Source: Rubricoccaceae bacterium (GTDB lineage Bacteria; Bacteroidota; Rhodothermia; Rhodothermales; Rubricoccaceae). Taken from it: DNA of 64,000 nucleotides. The stretch is from positions 1,002,542 through 1,066,541 of the forward strand of contig OY970187.1 in NCBI GenBank assembly GCA_963708165.1, written 5' to 3'. Below, one piece after another: positions 30,342 to 40,796 of this stretch. Under the pieces are notes generated by a model. The model made no database searches, had not been told where the DNA came from, and saw only the letters and a program-made list of their open reading frames with translations. Each line of letters begins with the position of its first letter. Within the stretch, counting starts at the first letter, position 1. Both the position numbers and the translations under genes were made by a program.

Positions 30342-30749
30342 TCAAACGCGGCGGCGCTTGGGCGGCCGGCAGCCGTTGTGTGCGAGAGGAGTGGTGTCGC
30401 GGATGGAGAGGACCTCCAGTCCGGCGTTGGCGAGTGCGCGAACGGCGCCCTCGCGGCCCGAACCCGGGCCTTTGACGAACACGTCGACGCGGCGCAGGCC
30501 GAGATCGTGTGCTTCCTTGGCTGCCTCAGCCGCCGCTACCTGGGCAGCGTACGGCGTGTTCTTCCGCGAACCGCGGAAGCCCATCTTGCCTGCCGAACTC
30601 CACGAGATCGTGTTGCCGTAGGCGTCGGTGATGGTGATGAGGACGTTGTTGAACGTCGCCTTGACGTAGCACGAGCCGTTGGACTCGACCTGTACGTTCT
30701 TCTTGCGGGCGTTGCGCCCGCCGCGGGCGGGCTTTTGCTGCTTGGCCAT
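30342..30749 (-). CDS. rpsK: 30S ribosomal protein uS11
   Basis: [23 protein letters not shown]. Confidence 0.98.
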   Translation of the reverse strand: MAKQQKPARGGRNARKKNVQVESNGSCYVKATFNNVLITITDAYGNTISWSSAGKMGFRGSRKNTPYAAQVAAAEAAKEAHDLGLRRVDVFVKGPGSGREGAVRALANAGLEVLSIRDTTPLAHNGCRPPKRRRV

Positions 30750-30946
30750 GTGTAGATGTTGGAGTCCGGTGCGGGCGCGTCAGGGGTGGTCACGCCAGAG
30801 GCCTCTGGCGAGGCCGTGCGTGGCGGAGTGCCTGCGTGCGTCCGCTCCCGTTGCCTCTGGCCAGGGCCAAAGCCCCGCAGCCAGCGGCGGAAAAGCGGTA
30901 GTAAATGCGAGCCTCTGGCGCCAGAGGCGCCGGGCCCGCAGCCGGT

Positions 30947-31327
30947 CTATTTGCGCGGTGCCTTCTTCTTGCCCGCGACGGTGCGCTTGCGGCCCTTGCG
31001 GGTGCGCGCGTTCGTCTTGGTGCGCTGCCCGCGAACGGGGAGGCCCTTGCGGTGACGGAGACCGCGGTAGCAACCGATGTCCATCAGTCGCTTGATGTTA
31101 AGCTGGACGTCGGTACGAAGAGCACCTTCGACAACGTAGTTGTCCTCAACGATCGCGCGGACTTTGCGCGAGTCGTCTTCGGTCCAGGTATCTGGGTGAG
31201 CGTTGGGGTCCAGGCCGACAGCTTCCAGGATTTCCTGGGAGCGGCTCAGCCCGACGCCGAAGATGTCGGTCAGCGCGATCAGGCCGCGCTTGTTGCCCGG
31301 CACGTCGACTCCTGCGATGCGTGGCAT
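30947..31327 (-). CDS. rpsM: 30S ribosomal protein uS13
   Basis: [30 protein letters not shown]. Confidence 0.98.
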   Translation of the reverse strand: MPRIAGVDVPGNKRGLIALTDIFGVGLSRSQEILEAVGLDPNAHPDTWTEDDSRKVRAIVEDNYVVEGALRTDVQLNIKRLMDIGCYRGLRHRKGLPVRGQRTKTNARTRKGRKRTVAGKKKAPRK

Positions 31328-31392
31328 ATGCTTGTTCTGTGTACGATGAATCGGAATCTGCCGCCAGAGGCTTCCGGCGGTGAACTCCTGGA

Positions 31393-31509
31393 TCAACCCT
31401 GGCGCTGCTTGTGCTTCGGGTTCTTCTTGTTGATGACGTAGATGCGGCCTTTACGGCGCACAATCTTGTCGTCGGCTGAGCGCTTCTTGACGCTGGCGCG
31501 GACCTTCAT
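31393..31509 (-). CDS. rpmJ: 50S ribosomal protein bL36 (Zn-free type)
   Basis: Manual translation [38 protein letters not shown]. Confidence 0.96.
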   Translation of the reverse strand: MKVRASVKKRSADDKIVRRKGRIYVINKKNPKHKQRQG

Positions 31510-31572
31510 GGTGGTACGTGGTTCGGGCCTCTGGCGAGACGAGCAGTGCTCGGCGCGAGAGGCTTGATAGTG

Positions 31573-31791
31573 CTACTTGTAGCGGTAAACGATGCGACCC
31601 TTTGTGAGGTCGTACGGCGAGAGCTCCACGGTTACACGGTCACCGGGGAGAATCCGGATGTAGAACTTCCGCATCTTGCCCGAGAGGAGACCAAGGATCT
31701 CGTGTCCGTTTTCGAGTTCGACTCGGAACTGGGCGTTGGGAAGGGCTTCGGTAACTTTTCCGTCTTGACGAATCGCGGGCTGCTTGGCCAT
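31573..31791 (-). CDS. infA: Translation initiation factor IF-1
   Basis: [31 protein letters not shown]. Confidence 0.98.
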   Translation of the reverse strand: MAKQPAIRQDGKVTEALPNAQFRVELENGHEILGLLSGKMRKFYIRILPGDRVTVELSPYDLTKGRIVYRYK

Positions 31792-31815
31792 ACGGTATCG
31801 GGGGGGTGTGCGTGG

Positions 31816-32673
31816 TTATGCGAGAGCAGGGTGCGCGTCGCCAGAGGCGGGCGCAGAAGACAGGGCCTTGGCGGTGAGAGCTGCTTCGATGGCGTCGTAC
31901 GACGAGATGAGTTCCGCCGAGCCCTTGGTAACGAGAATCATGTGCTCATAGTGTGCACTCGGAAGCCCGTCGGCTGTACGGATAGTCCATCCGTCGTCAT
32001 CAACAGTGACCTCGTCGGTGCCCATGTTGATCATGGGCTCGATACACATGGTCATGCCGCGCTTGAGCTTCTTGCCCCAGCCGCGGCGCCCCGTGTTCGG
32101 TACGCTCGGCGGCTCGTGGAGACGCTGACCGATGCCGTGACCGACAAGGGCCGTCACCACACCATAGCCGCGGCTCTCCGTGTACGTCTGGACCGCGTGG
32201 CCGATGTCACCGACGCGGTTGCCCGCGACGGCCTTGGCTATGCCGTCGTAGAGCGACTGTTTCGTTGCGTCGAGCAGAGCGCGCTTCTCCTCCGAGATCT
32301 CGCCGACAGCAAAGCTGTACGCGAAATCGCCGAAGTAGCCGTCTAGCTCGACGCCACAGTCTACAGAGATGATGTCGCCCTCTTGCAGAACGACATCCTC
32401 GCTAGGGATGCCGTGGACGACCACATCGTTGACAGACATGCAGAGAGACCCTGGGAAGGGCATCTCGTCCGGGTCGAACTGGTAGCCCTTAAATGCCGGG
32501 CGAGCGCCCGCGTCGCGGATGATCTGCTCGGCGGCCAAGTCGATCTCAAGCGTGTTCGCACCCGGCTCGATTCGCGTTGCGGAATCGGCCAGCACTCGTT
32601 CGACGAGACGCGCGGCGTGGCGAAGCATCGCCACGTCGCGGTCATCCTTTAGAACAATCTTGCCCGATGCCAT
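31816..32673 (-). CDS. map: Methionine aminopeptidase type I
   Basis: SVNDVVVHGIP, VDCG, GHGIG..LHE, IEPMIN, SAHYEH. Confidence 0.97.
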   Translation of the reverse strand: MASGKIVLKDDRDVAMLRHAARLVERVLADSATRIEPGANTLEIDLAAEQIIRDAGARPAFKGYQFDPDEMPFPGSLCMSVNDVVVHGIPSEDVVLQEGDIISVDCGVELDGYFGDFAYSFAVGEISEEKRALLDATKQSLYDGIAKAVAGNRVGDIGHAVQTYTESRGYGVVTALVGHGIGQRLHEPPSVPNTGRRGWGKKLKRGMTMCIEPMINMGTDEVTVDDDGWTIRTADGLPSAHYEHMILVTKGSAELISSYDAIEAALTAKALSSAPASGDAHPALA

Positions 32674-32680
32674 CGTGTAC

Positions 32681-33994
32681 CTAGCGGCGTCGGCTGCGCA
32701 CGCGACCGGTCTTCATGAACCCATCGTAGTGGCGCATCAGCAGGTGACTCTCGATTTGCTGCAACGTGTCCAGCGTGACGCCGACCAGGATGAGCAGGCT
32801 CGTGCCGCCGAAGAACTGCGCGAAGCCGGGGAGCACACCGAAGTAGGCGGCAAAGGCTGGCAGGATGGCAACAAAGCCGATGAACAGGGAGCCTGGGAAG
32901 GTGATGCGAGTCAGGATCGTGTCGATGAACTCGCTGGTCTGACGGCCGGGACGGACACCTGGAATGAAGCCACCCTGGCGGCGCATCGTGTCTGCCATCT
33001 CCTGTGGGTTCACCGCGATGGCGGTGTAGAAGTAGGTAAAGAAGACACAGATGAAGAAGAAGATCAGCGAGTACCAGAACCCAAAGATGTTGGTGGTCGC
33101 CGTGGCCACTCCTTGCCAAAAATCGCTGTTCGGGAAGAAGGAAGCGAACGTGCTCGGGATGAACATGATCGACTGCGCAAAGATGATCGGCATGACGCCA
33201 GCGGCGTTCACGCGGAGCGGTAGGTACTGCGTCGTACCTCCGAACACCTTCCGGCCAACCACGCGCTTGGCGTACTGGACAGGAATGCGCCGTGTGCCCT
33301 GCGTCACGAGGACCACGAACATCGTCACGAGGAACAGCGCGCCGATCTCGATCAGGAAGACGAAGAGGTTCGCCTTGCCGGTGATCTCGTTAAAGAGCGA
33401 GGCCGGAAGGAAGGCGATGATGCCGATCATGATGATCAGCGAGATGCCGTTGCCGATGCCCTTCTCGGTGATGCGCTCACCGAGCCACATCACGAAGACC
33501 GTACCCGCCGTGAGCGAAATCACGGCAGAGGCGAAGAACAACCAGTCGGGAACAACGATAGCGGCGCCAGAGGTCGCTTTCAGGTTGATCGCGTAGCCGA
33601 TGGACTGGAAGCCGGTGATGATCACCGTAGCGTACCGCGTCCACTGCGTGATCTTGCGCCTGCCTTCGTCGCCTTCGCGCTGCAGCTTCTGGATCGCCGG
33701 CATGACCGCTCCCAGAAGCTGGAAGATGATGCTCGCGGTGATGTAGGGCATGATGCCCAGCGCGAACACGCCCGCCCGGAAGAAGGCGCCGCCGACGAAC
33801 AGGTTGAATAGCCCGAAGAGGCCGCCCTGGTCGTTCTGTGCGTTGATCTCCTCCAGGATTCCAGCGTCGATGCCGGGGAGGGTGATGTAAGAGCCCAGGC
33901 GGTACACGATGAGAATCCCCAACGTGAAAATGATCCTCTGGCGGAGCTCGTGGATCCGCCAGATGTTCCGCAGGCTTTCGGCAACCGATGGCAT
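32681..33994 (-). CDS. secY: Preprotein translocase SecY
   Basis: ALGIMPYITASI, GIGNGISL, AGVMPIIFA, IPGVRPG, GGTSLLI. Confidence 0.98.
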   Translation of the reverse strand: MPSVAESLRNIWRIHELRQRIIFTLGILIVYRLGSYITLPGIDAGILEEINAQNDQGGLFGLFNLFVGGAFFRAGVFALGIMPYITASIIFQLLGAVMPAIQKLQREGDEGRRKITQWTRYATVIITGFQSIGYAINLKATSGAAIVVPDWLFFASAVISLTAGTVFVMWLGERITEKGIGNGISLIIMIGIIAFLPASLFNEITGKANLFVFLIEIGALFLVTMFVVLVTQGTRRIPVQYAKRVVGRKVFGGTTQYLPLRVNAAGVMPIIFAQSIMFIPSTFASFFPNSDFWQGVATATTNIFGFWYSLIFFFICVFFTYFYTAIAVNPQEMADTMRRQGGFIPGVRPGRQTSEFIDTILTRITFPGSLFIGFVAILPAFAAYFGVLPGFAQFFGGTSLLILVGVTLDTLQQIESHLLMRHYDGFMKTGRVRSRRR

Positions 33995-34045
33995 AGTGCT
34001 ACTGTGCGTGCTCGTGCAACGGCCCGCCAGAGGCGGGCCGAGCGA

Positions 34046-34504
34046 TTAGTCGACGATGGTGACCGAGCCGCCAGCGGCTTCGATCTTCTCGCGAGCGGAG
34101 GCGGAGAAGGCGTGGGCATGAACGTCCAGCTTGACGTTGATGTCGCCGCCGCCGAGGATCTTGACACGGCCGTTCTTGCCGCCGATGCCCATGGCCTTGA
34201 GGCTCGCGGGGTTCACCGTTGCGCCAGAGGCGATCGCGCCAGAGTCGACGAGTGCGCCGAGACGGTCCACGTTGAGCGCGTCGTAGGCGACTCGGAAGCG
34301 GTTCTTGAACCCGAACTTCGGGACGCGGCGCTGAAGCGGCATCTGGCCGCCTTCGAACCATGCCGGAATGCTGGCGCCGGAGCGAGCCTTCTGGCCATTG
34401 TGGCCCTTGCCTGCCGTACCGCCGTTGCCGGAGCCTTCTCCGCGGCCGATGCGCTTCTTGGTTTTCGTCGAGCCCTTGGCGGGCGTGAGCTTGCTGAGAT
34501 CCAT
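34046..34504 (-). CDS. rplO: 50S ribosomal protein uL15
   Basis: RIGRGEGSG, FEGGQMPLQRRVPK. Confidence 0.98.
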   Translation of the reverse strand: MDLSKLTPAKGSTKTKKRIGRGEGSGNGGTAGKGHNGQKARSGASIPAWFEGGQMPLQRRVPKFGFKNRFRVAYDALNVDRLGALVDSGAIASGATVNPASLKAMGIGGKNGRVKILGGGDINVKLDVHAHAFSASAREKIEAAGGSVTIVD

Positions 34505-34908
34505 CGTAAAAAGAGGTGGCTAGAGTCGCCCGCTCCTCGCGTGCCTCTGGCGGGGTGCCGGGCCGGGAGCGGACTCGCTGGTCGGCGTGCGCAAGGCACG
34601 ACGGGCGCAGAAGATAGAGCCCTCTTTGTGTGGCCTCTGGCGCGAGGCAGAGCGTTTTACGTGAAGCAACCGACCTTCAGGGACACAAATGGATTCGCGA
34701 TGGAGGAAGGATGCGAGCCTACTGCCGCGCCCTTGAGCGTGCTCGGTCTCGCCAGAGGCACTTGCGACGAAGACCATTTAAAGCTGTACGCGCCGAGTGC
34801 TTTCTACAGCCAAACGCGGCACCTCCTCATCGCGAGGCACCCTTAAACAAAGCGGCCTCTGGCGCCGGAACGCCAGAGGCCTCAGTCTATCGGGACGGTC
34901 GCCAGAGG

Positions 34909-35088
34909 CTACGCCTCTTCGGTCGTCACCAGGTGGTTGACCACGCGGACCATGCCTTTGAGTTGAGGCGTGACCTCGTGCTCTACGGTTTGGTTCATCT
35001 TGCGGATGCCCAGCGCAACGAGGGTGCGCTTCTGCTTGGTGGAGCGATTGATGGCACTGCGCACCTGGGTAATCTTAAGCTTCGACAT
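34909..35088 (-). CDS. rpmD: 50S ribosomal protein uL30
   Basis: MSKLKITQVRSAI...ALGIRKMNQTV. Confidence 0.96.
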   Translation of the reverse strand: MSKLKITQVRSAINRSTKQKRTLVALGIRKMNQTVEHEVTPQLKGMVRVVNHLVTTEEA

Positions 35089-35163
35089 AGGAATGTTTGG
35101 CTGGATGGATCGAGCGAGCCTCTGGCGCCGCGGGCCGAAACCCACGCCAGAGGCAGAAACGCT

Positions 35164-35712
35164 CTAGCCTTCGAAGACGCGCTTGATGGAGATGCCGCGG
35201 CGAGCAGCCACCTCGGCAGGGTCTTGGACCTGCGCGAGAGCGTCCATCGTGGCCGCGACGACGTTGTGCGGGTTGGATGAGCCTTGGCTCTTGGAGAGCA
35301 CGTTGCGGATGCCCGCACACTCTAGAACCGCACGCACGCCGCCACCCGCAATCACGCCGGTACCGTCGGATGCGGGCTTGAGGAGAACGACACCAGCATC
35401 CTGGCGGCCGCGGACGGCGTGAGGGATGGTGCCCTTGCTCGTCACAGGGACCGAGATCATGTTCTTCTTCGCGGCCTCGGTGCCCTTGGAGATCGCGTCT
35501 GCGACCTCGTTGGCTTTCCCCAATCCCGAGCCCACCTTGCCATTGCCGTCACCGACGACAACGACGGCGTTGAACGAGAAGCGACGGCCGCCCTTGACGA
35601 CTTTGCTCACGCGGTTGATTTCGACGAGGCGTTCGATCAGGTTGGACTGATTGGAATCGTCTCGGCGGTTGTTACGACGGCGATCATCTCCCCGTCCTTG
35701 CTGCTGTGCCAT
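35164..35712 (-). CDS. rpsE: 30S ribosomal protein uS5
   Basis: [23 protein letters not shown]. Confidence 0.98.
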   Translation of the reverse strand: MAQQQGRGDDRRRNNRRDDSNQSNLIERLVEINRVSKVVKGGRRFSFNAVVVVGDGNGKVGSGLGKANEVADAISKGTEAAKKNMISVPVTSKGTIPHAVRGRQDAGVVLLKPASDGTGVIAGGGVRAVLECAGIRNVLSKSQGSSNPHNVVAATMDALAQVQDPAEVAARRGISIKRVFEG

Positions 35713-35729
35713 GGTAGTGTTCGGAGGGG

Positions 35730-36083
35730 TTAGAAGCGGAGACCGCCTTTGCGGGCTCCTTCGGCGAGGGCTTTGACGCGGCCGTGATATCGGTAACCAC
35801 CGCGGTCAAAAACGGCGACCTCAAGGCCTGCCGCCTTGGCACGCTCAGCCAGGGTCTCCCCAACGGCTGTGCTCGCCTCGACGCCCTTAGCGGTGATGTC
35901 AGCTTCGCGGCTCGATGCCGCAGCGAGAGTCTCCCCTGCTGCATCGTCGATGAGCTGCGCGTAGATGTACTTATTGGAGCGAAAAACCGCGAGACGCGGG
36001 CGCTCAGCCGTTCCGGCCACTTTGGCGCGGATGCGGCGGCGAATGCGCGCGCGGTTGCGCGCCTTGAGAGAAGTCTTAGCCAT
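35730..36083 (-). CDS. rplR: 50S ribosomal protein uL18
   Basis: [32 protein letters not shown]. Confidence 0.98.
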   Translation of the reverse strand: MAKTSLKARNRARIRRRIRAKVAGTAERPRLAVFRSNKYIYAQLIDDAAGETLAAASSREADITAKGVEASTAVGETLAERAKAAGLEVAVFDRGGYRYHGRVKALAEGARKGGLRF

Positions 36084-36190
36084 CGGAGTGTGCGTGTGGG
36101 CCTAGCGATTGCCGACCGCGAGGCCACGCGAAAGAGGAATGCATGCGCCAGAGGTCGCAGTCGAAACTGCAGGGCCTCTGGCGCCAGAGG

Positions 36191-36757
36191 CTAGCGCGCG
36201 GCGGTCTTGCCAGCCTTACGGCGTACGTACTCGTCGACGTAGCGGATACCTTTGCCCTTGTAGGGCTCCGGCGGACGGAGAGCACGGATCTTAGCGGCCA
36301 CCTGGCCCACGAGCTGCTTGTCGATGCCAGCAATTTTGATCCGAGGATTCTGGCCACGAATGGTCTCAGCCTGGATGTCGATGCCCTCTGGCGGGACGAA
36401 GTAGATGGGATGCGAGAAGCCGAGCGCGAGCTCGAGCACGTCGAGGCCGGCCATCTTGGTCGCGTCAGCGCGGTACCCCACGCCGATTACCTCCAGTTCT
36501 TTTCCATATCCCTCACTTACGCCCTCCACCATGTTGGCGACGAGCGAGCGGGTCAGGCCGTGGAACGAGCGGTGACGCTTCTGGTCGGTTGGGCGTTCGA
36601 CGATGATTTCATCGCCTTCCACCTTGACCGTCATGTCTGGGTCTGCCTGGAAGGTTAGTTCACCTTTGGCTCCCTTGACTGTGATGGTGTTGTTCTTGGC
36701 GACGTCTACCGTCACCCCACCCGGGATCGAGACCGGGAGTTTGCCGATTCGAGACAT
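36191..36757 (-). CDS. rplF: 50S ribosomal protein uL6
   Basis: MSRIGKLP, GVGYRA, PEPYKGKGIRY. Confidence 0.98.
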   Translation of the reverse strand: MSRIGKLPVSIPGGVTVDVAKNNTITVKGAKGELTFQADPDMTVKVEGDEIIVERPTDQKRHRSFHGLTRSLVANMVEGVSEGYGKELEVIGVGYRADATKMAGLDVLELALGFSHPIYFVPPEGIDIQAETIRGQNPRIKIAGIDKQLVGQVAAKIRALRPPEPYKGKGIRYVDEYVRRKAGKTAAR

Positions 36758-36775
36758 TGGTTTAGGGGGTTCGGT

Positions 36776-37177
36776 TTACTGGACGGTCGCGAGAACCTCA
36801 CCACCGATACCGGCGCGGCGAGCTTCCTTGTCGGTCATCACGCCTCGGCTCGTCGAGACGATGGCGATACCAAGTCCGTTGAGCACGCGTGGCAGGTTGT
36901 CGGCACCGACGTAACGGCGCAGACCTGGCTTGGAGATGCGGGTGATCTTCTGAATGACAGGCTTGCCACCGCGGAGGTACTTCAAGTAGACCCGAATCAG
37001 GCCCTGCTTGGTGTCCTCGACGTTGACAAAGTCCTGGACGAATCCTTTGTCCTTCAGGATCTGCGTGATCGCTCGCTTGAGGTTGCTCGCGGGCACGTCG
37101 ACGTGCGGGTGGCGGGCCTTCTGCGCGTTGCGAATACGCGTGAGGTAATCCGATACGGGGTCGGTTACTGCGCTCAT
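36776..37177 (-). CDS. rpsH: 30S ribosomal protein uS8
   Basis: [30 protein letters not shown]. Confidence 0.98.
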   Translation of the reverse strand: MSAVTDPVSDYLTRIRNAQKARHPHVDVPASNLKRAITQILKDKGFVQDFVNVEDTKQGLIRVYLKYLRGGKPVIQKITRISKPGLRRYVGADNLPRVLNGLGIAIVSTSRGVMTDKEARRAGIGGEVLATVQ

Positions 37178-37282
37178 AGTTCTTCGGTCAGTTCGGACGC
37201 CAGAGGCGCCGCTTGACCGCTAGATGAATGGAATGGGTGAGCCGCTGGCAGGAGGCGTGAGGCCTCTGGCGCCAGAGGCCGT

Positions 37283-37552
37283 CTACCAGCTCGCCTTACG
37301 GACGCCTGGAATCTTACCGTCGTGAGCCATCTCACGGAAAACGATTCGGCATACGCCGAACTTCCGGAGGAAGCCGCGAGGACGGCCTGTGAGGGCACAG
37401 CGGTTGTGGAGCCGGACAGCAGCGGAGTCGCGAGGGAGCCTCTGAAGGCCTTCGTAGTCACCTGCAGCTTTCAGCTCGGCACGCTTGGTGGCGTACTTCG
37501 CGACGAGCTTGCGGCGCTTCTTCTCACGGGCGATTGCACTTTTCTTGGCCAT
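37283..37552 (-). CDS. rpsN: 30S ribosomal protein uS14 (89-aa type)
   Basis: [20 protein letters not shown]. Confidence 0.97.
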   Translation of the reverse strand: MAKKSAIAREKKRRKLVAKYATKRAELKAAGDYEGLQRLPRDSAAVRLHNRCALTGRPRGFLRKFGVCRIVFREMAHDGKIPGVRKASW

Positions 37553-37566
37553 TGTATTGGGGGTGC

Positions 37567-38139
37567 TTAGGCGGTCTGCTCTTCCTCGCGACGCACGAAC
37601 GGCATCCCGAACTCCTTGAGGAGCGCAAAGGCTTCCTCATCGGTCTCAGCAGTCGTCACGAAGCTGACATCGAGTCCGGAGACGCGGTCGACTTTATCGA
37701 TGTCGATCTCTGGGAAGATGATCTGCTCTTTGATTCCGAGCGTGTAGTTGCCACGCCCGTCAAAGGAACGGTCAGGAATGCCACGGAAGTCTCGCACGGC
37801 GGGAAGCGCGAGCGTGATGAGGCGATCCAGAAACTCCCACATGCGATCGCCACGCAGGGTCACTGCGACGCCGACGGCCATGCCCTCGCGGAGCTTGAAG
37901 TTAGAGATGGACTTGCGCGACTGGCGGATCGCAGGCTGCTGGCCAGTGATCTTGCGAAGCTCCTCGACGGCGTCGTCGAGGATCTTCTTGTTCACGGCAG
38001 CCTCGCCGGTGCCCTTGTTGATGACGATTTTCGTCAGCCGAGGCACCTGCATCGGGTTGGCATACTCGAACCGTTCGGTGAGCGCCTGTGTGATCTCGGA
38101 GCGGTACCGCTCTTTGAGTCGTGGTGTGTAGTTCTCCAT
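37567..38139 (-). CDS. rplE: 50S ribosomal protein uL5
   Basis: [26 protein letters not shown]. Confidence 0.98.
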   Translation of the reverse strand: MENYTPRLKERYRSEITQALTERFEYANPMQVPRLTKIVINKGTGEAAVNKKILDDAVEELRKITGQQPAIRQSRKSISNFKLREGMAVGVAVTLRGDRMWEFLDRLITLALPAVRDFRGIPDRSFDGRGNYTLGIKEQIIFPEIDIDKVDRVSGLDVSFVTTAETDEEAFALLKEFGMPFVRREEEQTA

Positions 38140-38255
38140 GTATGTCGTCGTCGAGCGGGCCAGGTGGCGCAGGCGAGAGCATCGTTACGCTCAAGCCTCT
38201 GGCGCCAGAGGCGGACCGCCTCGTGGACGGATGTGGCGCCGAAGCGCCAATGTGG

Positions 38256-38648
38256 TTAGCTGTCGAGCTCCTCGCCCGTAGTCTTGGCGTAGCGGACCCA
38301 ACGTCCCTTACCCGTCTCAGGGTCTTCGACGCGCTTGCGGCCGATACGCGTAGGCGCGCCGTTGCCGTCGATCGGGACCACGTTAGAGATGTGGATCGGG
38401 CGCTCGGCCTCAATGCGACCTCCGTTGGGATACTGCTGGTTGGCCTTCGTGTGCTTGTAGCGCACGTTTACACCTTCCACTAGGACCCTGTCGAGCTTGG
38501 GGTAAACCTCTAGCACGCGTGCCTGGTAACCCTTAGGGCGGTCTTGGTTTGGGCTGAGGTTCTTGGAGCTCGTGATGGCCTTGGTGAGAGCGACGGTCTC
38601 GCCCTTCTTGACGTGGAGCTTCTTCTGCTTGTTTTTGGTGCGCGGCAT
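38256..38648 (-). CDS. rplX: 50S ribosomal protein uL24
   Basis: HVKKGE, VLVEGVN, PIHISNV; position in spc operon. Confidence 0.95.
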   Translation of the reverse strand: MPRTKNKQKKLHVKKGETVALTKAITSSKNLSPNQDRPKGYQARVLEVYPKLDRVLVEGVNVRYKHTKANQQYPNGGRIEAERPIHISNVVPIDGNGAPTRIGRKRVEDPETGKGRWVRYAKTTGEELDS

Positions 38649-38652
38649 CGGT

Positions 38653-39021
38653 CTAAAGGACTTCAGGAGCGAGGGAAACGATGCGCATGTACTGGCGGTC
38701 GCGGAGTTCGCGGGCTACAGGCCCGAAGATGCGTGTGCCGCGTGGCTCGTCCGAGTCGTTCAGCAGCACGGCTGCGTTCTCGTCGAAGCGGATGTACGAG
38801 CCGTCGGGACGACGAAGCTCTTTCTTGGTGCGCACGATGACAGCCTTGGAGACGTCACCTTTTTTGACGTTGCCGCCAGGGATAGCGCTCTTGACGGAGA
38901 CGACAATCTTGTCGCCTACGCGAGCGTAACGGCGCTTGGAGCCGCCCAGGACGCGGATGCACAGCACCTCCTTCGCCCCGCTGTTATCGGCTACGGAAAG
39001 CCGGGATTCTTGCTGAATCAT
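38653..39021 (-). CDS. rplN: 50S ribosomal protein uL14
   Basis: [28 protein letters not shown]. Confidence 0.98.
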   Translation of the reverse strand: MIQQESRLSVADNSGAKEVLCIRVLGGSKRRYARVGDKIVVSVKSAIPGGNVKKGDVSKAVIVRTKKELRRPDGSYIRFDENAAVLLNDSDEPRGTRIFGPVARELRDRQYMRIVSLAPEVL

Positions 39022-39042
39022 GGGTGGATGCGGTAGAGGTGT

Positions 39043-39429
39043 CTATTTCGCGCGCTCGATGACCTCGACGAGGCGCCAGCGCTTCGTTTTGGAGATCGGC
39101 CGTGTTTCCTGAATGCGGACGACATCGCCTTCGCTGGCGTCGTTCGACTCGTCATGCGCCTTCAGCTTGGTCGTCTGCTTGATAAACTTCCCGTAGATGG
39201 GGTGCTTCACCTGGCGCTGAATCGCGATGGTGATCGTCTTGTCCATCTTGTCGGAGACGACGAGGCCGACGCGAAACTTGCGCGCGCCGCGGCTCTCGTC
39301 CGTCGTCCTGGACGGACCAGACGTGATCTGCGAGAGCGAGGCGGCCGAGGGGCTCGTCTGTGCGGGCTCCTGCTCGGGGATGTCGGTGCCCAGGTCGGGG
39401 GCGTCCAGCTCGGGCTGGGAATCTGCCAT
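39043..39429 (-). CDS. rpsQ: 30S ribosomal protein uS17 with N-terminal extension
   Basis: [28 protein letters not shown]. Confidence 0.97.
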   Translation of the reverse strand: MADSQPELDAPDLGTDIPEQEPAQTSPSAASLSQITSGPSRTTDESRGARKFRVGLVVSDKMDKTITIAIQRQVKHPIYGKFIKQTTKLKAHDESNDASEGDVVRIQETRPISKTKRWRLVEVIERAK

Positions 39430-39663
39430 AGCGGCGGGGCCCTTTCGGGCGGCTATTTCGCTTGGTGAGCCGGCACCTCACCAACTACGTTGGGAATCGT
39501 GCTCTGCCAGAGGCCTCTGGCGAGACGTGGAGAGCGCCCGACCGCCGGGGTCGGGGCGACGAGAATACGGAGGAGGGCAGTGAAGGGGCCGGGAAGCCGC
39601 CCCGCACGAGCGAGGAGCACCGAACATTCACCCGAGCCTCTGGCGTGGCGCCAGAGGCGTGCG

Positions 39664-39867
39664 CTAGGCGGCCGTCTCCTCTCGCTTCTTCTCGTTTAGA
39701 ATGGTCTTGAGGCGGGCGATCTCACGGCGCTTCTCTCGCAGAATCACCGGATCCTCCAGTCCCGCCACAACGCGGCGGAAACGAAGCTCGGTGATGTCTT
39801 TCTGGTTCTCAGAGATGCGCTCCTCGATCTCGCTCGCGTTCATGTCGCGAATGTCTTTGGCCTTCAT
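39664..39867 (-). CDS. rpmC: 50S ribosomal protein uL29
   Basis: MKAKDIR...LRF...RREIARLKT. Confidence 0.96.
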   Translation of the reverse strand: MKAKDIRDMNASEIEERISENQKDITELRFRRVVAGLEDPVILREKRREIARLKTILNEKKREETAA

Positions 39868-39924
39868 CTATCGGGGGGTCACAGAACGCCCCGGCCAGGG
39901 GTGACCGGGGCGTCGTAAAAAAGT

Positions 39925-40767
39925 CTAGGCGGGGTTCAGATCGGCGTCGCCGCCGGTTGCGTCAGTCGTGTCTTCGCCAGAGGCATCGGCCTCTTCGGAC
40001 GCGTCTTCTGCTTCGTCGGTCGGGATCTCGACTTCGTTTCCGTCCTCGGCGCGAAGGCCGTCAACGTACTCTTCGAGCGTTTCGAAGTCGCCGTCTGCGA
40101 GCAGGCGTGCCTGCTTGGTCCACGTCTCCTCGTTGACAGAGAACTGGTCTGTGCCGTCCGCCTCAATGATCTCACGGAGCTTTTCGAGACCCGTATCGGC
40201 AAGAGCCGCATAGGTCTCGATGCCCTCGCTCTTCAGTGCGTCCAGCAAGGAGCCACCGAGTCCGTAGATCTTGGTGAGGTCGTCGTTGTTGACAGTCGCC
40301 TTGAGGCTGGTGTCGCCGCCAGACGTGAACGCATCGGCCGAAGGCGCGATGGGGTTCAACTCTGGGCGGAGAACGATCTTGGCCTTGATTGGAAGCTTCT
40401 GGATCGCGAGACGCATGGACTCGCGTGCCACGTCCTCGCTTACACCGCTGATCTCGAAGAGAATGCGGCCAGGCTTGACGACGGCCACCCAGTATTCTGG
40501 AGAGCCTTTGCCTTTACCCATGCGGGTCTCGGCCGGTTTCTTCGTGATGGGCTTGTCGGGGAAAACACGGATCCAGACCTTGCCCTGTCGCTTCATGCGA
40601 CGGGTCATGGCGATACGAGCGGCTTCGATCTGGCGGGAGGTGATCCACCCCGCATCGAGCGCCTTGATTCCGTAGTCCCCGAAGGTGACACGGGCACCGC
40701 GCTGCGCGAGACCCTTCACCCGGCCCTTTTGCATCTTGCGGAACTTGGTCCGCTTCGGCATCAACAT
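39925..40767 (-). CDS. rplP: 50S ribosomal protein uL16 fused to a C-terminal HhH-like domain and acidic tail
   Basis: [18 protein letters not shown]; then [10 protein letters not shown]...GIETYAALA...TWTKQARLL. Confidence 0.95.
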   Translation of the reverse strand: MLMPKRTKFRKMQKGRVKGLAQRGARVTFGDYGIKALDAGWITSRQIEAARIAMTRRMKRQGKVWIRVFPDKPITKKPAETRMGKGKGSPEYWVAVVKPGRILFEISGVSEDVARESMRLAIQKLPIKAKIVLRPELNPIAPSADAFTSGGDTSLKATVNNDDLTKIYGLGGSLLDALKSEGIETYAALADTGLEKLREIIEADGTDQFSVNEETWTKQARLLADGDFETLEEYVDGLRAEDGNEVEIPTDEAEDASEEADASGEDTTDATGGDADLNPA

Positions 40768-40796
40768 ATTCTCAGTGGTCTAGGGTTGGGGTTCGG

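Noticed and set aside
31393-37552. Zn-free bL36, 89-aa uS14 and absence of adk between secY and map
   Set aside because: Ordinary for the Bacteroidota/Rhodothermota lineage
39886-39913. Hairpin between rplP and rpmC as a terminator
   Set aside because: On the coding (minus) strand the T-run precedes rather than follows the stem; more likely an mRNA stability or processing element
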